A DNA stretch of 64,000 nt from Scyliorhinus canicula (taxonomy: Eukaryota), in contig NC_052149.1 of NCBI RefSeq assembly GCF_902713615.1, positions 98,153,121 through 98,217,120 on the forward strand. The letters are read 5' to 3'. A model generated the notes under the pieces. That model did no database searches. It saw nothing but the letters and a program-made list of their open reading frames with translations, and was not told the DNA's origin. Shown in pieces: positions 61,695-64,000 of the stretch (positions within the stretch are counted from its first letter, which is position 1; the number at the start of each line of letters is the position of its first letter). A program made the position numbers and the translations under genes.

Positions 61695-61818
61695 GGGCTG
61701 GATTCTTCCAGCCTGCCCGCCGCAATATCACCACGGGTAGGAGCAGATCATGTAATGGTCAATGAATGCGGGCGGGAATTTCTGGCCGATGGGCAAGTGC
61801 GGCTAGAGAATCCCGCCC
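61695..61818. mobile_element. Minimal 124-bp Harbinger-type MITE
   Basis: TIRs GGGCTGGATTCT / AGAATCCCGCCC; internal CCCGCC / GGCGGG symmetry. Confidence 0.65.
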
Positions 61819-61922
61819 TTTGTTTACTCTTTCTTGAATTCATCTGAACAATACATTGGTCTCTGTGCTCTAAACTTCAGTTCCCTTAAAACATTCTTTC
61901 TGTCACAATTCCCTGGTTATCT

Positions 61923-62266
61923 GGGCAGTAACGGTAGCATGGTGGTTAGCATAAATGCTTCACAGCTCCAGGGTCCCAGGTTCGGTTCCCGGCTGGGTCA
62001 CTGTCTGTGCGGAGTCTGCACGTCCTCCCCGTGTTTGCGTGGGTTTCCTCCGGGTGCTCCGGTTTCCTCCCACAATCCAAAGATGTGTGGGTCAGGTGGA
62101 TTGGCCATGCTAAATTGCCCGTAGTGTTCTAAAAAGTAAGGTTAAGGGGGGGTTGTTGGGTTACGGGTATAGGGTGGATACGTGGGTTTGAGTAGGGTGA
62201 TCATTGCTCGGCACAACATCGAGGGCCGAAGGGCCTGTTCTGTGCTGTACTGTTCTATGTTCTATG
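61923..62266 (+). mobile_element. HE1-type V-SINE with CR1 tail
   Basis: Full head, V domain and tgttctatgttctatg tail. Confidence 0.9.
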
Positions 62267-62559
62267 TAACTAGTTCATTAGAAAGCCTGCCTCTTTGCAG
62301 CTCCCATCCTGTCCAGCGTTTCTTCCGGCAGAGTTGAGAGATGTTTACACCCTGGTGTCCTGTCTCCAACTGCAATCAAATTCAGCTAAATTAAGAACAA
62401 AAAGCTTTTTTCCCTTAAAAAGGCCTCCAGTTGCTCAGCAACGCCCGCATACCTCTGCTGGCCTATTTCCTCTTCAAGCCATAGCCCTCTCGAAGCACAA
62501 TAGAATCACAGGGCGAAAAACACTGGCCTCCCTGCGAAGTGTTTTTCAGCAGTGGGAGG

Positions 62560-64000
62560 AGTTGGCCCGCGACGGATTCTGCTGCATCCCCCCCCCCCCC
62601 CCCCCACCCACCAGTGCAGTGCTTCGATCCACAGTCCTCCCCCTATCTCCATGCCCAATTCCTCCTCCCATTTCTCTTGTGTCTCCTCAAGGGTTGAACG
62701 TACTCCTTCTAGCATCCATTCATACATGTCTGCGCAGTTGTCATTCCTGAGTTCATCCGCAGTCTGAGGAAACGCTGTTGTCTCTTTTTGGAAGAAATTT
62801 CTGATTTGTCTGTATTTTAGCTTGATCCTTTTTGGGAGTTGGAGGTGACTGTGAGTTCCTCCAGGGATGCTACTCTGCCATCTACGTCTCCTGCTGTCAG
62901 TGTACCTTCGTCCTGTCTCCACCTTTTGAAGGAGACGCCCATCGTCGTGAGGTTGAATCTATGGCTTTTGCAGATGGAGGCCATGATGGACATCATGGTC
63001 AGATCAAAGTGGTCATCTTGATCACCTGCACTCTCCCCGTCGAGCAGAGTGGGAGTGAGTCCCACCTCTATAGGTTCCTTTTTACCTCCTCCACTAGACC
63101 TTTATTCCGTTTATGGATCCGTGTCCAGTCGTAGGCTATTTGGATCCCCAGATATTGGAATTTGGTCTGGGCCAATTTAAATGGTAACTTTCCCAGCTCT
63201 GGACAGTAGTTTCAGCAAGGAGACAAATTCTGACCCGAACGCAAACTGTCCAGTACCTCTATGAGGTTCCTCCATTCACCTCTGTCGAAGGCCTTCTCTG
63301 TGTCTAATTTGGTTTGGGCCAATTTAAATGGTAACTTTCCCAGCTCTGGTTTCCCCCCCTAGTGGCTCAATTGCCAGGGCAAATAGCAGTGGAGAAAATG
63401 GACAACCCTGCCATGGGAGCACTGGACAGTAGTTTCAGCAAGGAGGCAAAATCTGACCCGAACACAAACTGTCCAGTACCTCTAGGAGGTTCCTCCATTC
63501 GCCTCTGTCGAAGGCCTTCTCTGTGTCTATGGAGATGATTGCCCTGGTGTCTCGCCCAGTGGAGTGAAGTAATGGTCACATTCAGCAGGCACCTGATGTT
63601 CACTATTAGCTGTCTGCCGATGACAAAGCCTGTCTGGTCCTCGACAACTACCCCCAGCACACAACTCTCCAGTCGCCTTGCCAAGGCCTTCGCTAGTGTT
63701 TTAGGGTCAGTGTTTAGGAGTGAATGGGCCTGTATGACTCGCATTCCATCAGGTCTTTGGCCTTTATTGGGATCAGTGGTATCGAGGTCTGGGCCAGCGT
63801 AGACGGTAGGACTCCTCTCGATAGCGAGTCATTGACTATCTCCCGCAGGTGCGGGGCTAGTGCTGGTGCAAAATGTTTTATGGAAGTCCACTGGGTACCC
63901 ATCTGGGACCACATCTTCCTTGCCTGCATGGAGTTGATACTCTCCATGACTTCCCCCAGTTCTAATAGTGATTCCAGGCCTTGCTTCTTTCACACTTTGC
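62560..64000 (-). mobile_element. L1/Tx1-clade LINE ORF2 fragments, rearranged
   Basis: ECESYRPI, LLNTDPKTLAKALARRLE and EDQTGFVIGRQLIVNIRCLLNV (RT); KWEEELGMEI (C-terminal region). Confidence 0.8.

Overview
Eukaryotic, repeat-saturated DNA. HE1-type V-SINEs, Deu-domain SINE remnants and the mix of CR1, L2, Rex1, L1/Tx1, Penelope and Gypsy elements point to a cartilaginous fish, probably a shark (inference). I found no host protein-coding gene. Nearly all long ORFs in the supplied track are transposon debris or GC-rich/low-complexity artefacts. The window is a PIF/Harbinger hotspot. It holds one young full-length element (42209-48646; 15-bp TIRs, ATG TSD) with a 3-exon Myb/SANT + long coiled-coil + AT-hook partner gene (+) convergent with a HARBI1-like DDE transposase (-). 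It also holds at least six older Harbinger remnants and several GGGCGGGATTCTCC-type MITEs. Main novel observation: three sequence-divergent Harbinger copies each carry, on the transposase strand between the two convergent genes, a ~80-nt box C/D (snoRNA/K-turn-like) module at 45120-45197, 40600-40679 and 11601-11678. Each reads RTGATGA, 47-48 nt, (C/T)TGA, closed by a terminal stem whose sequence differs between copies but still pairs. This suggests a DNA-transposon-encoded C/D RNA. All calls were made by eye without database searches, and boundaries of old elements are approximate.
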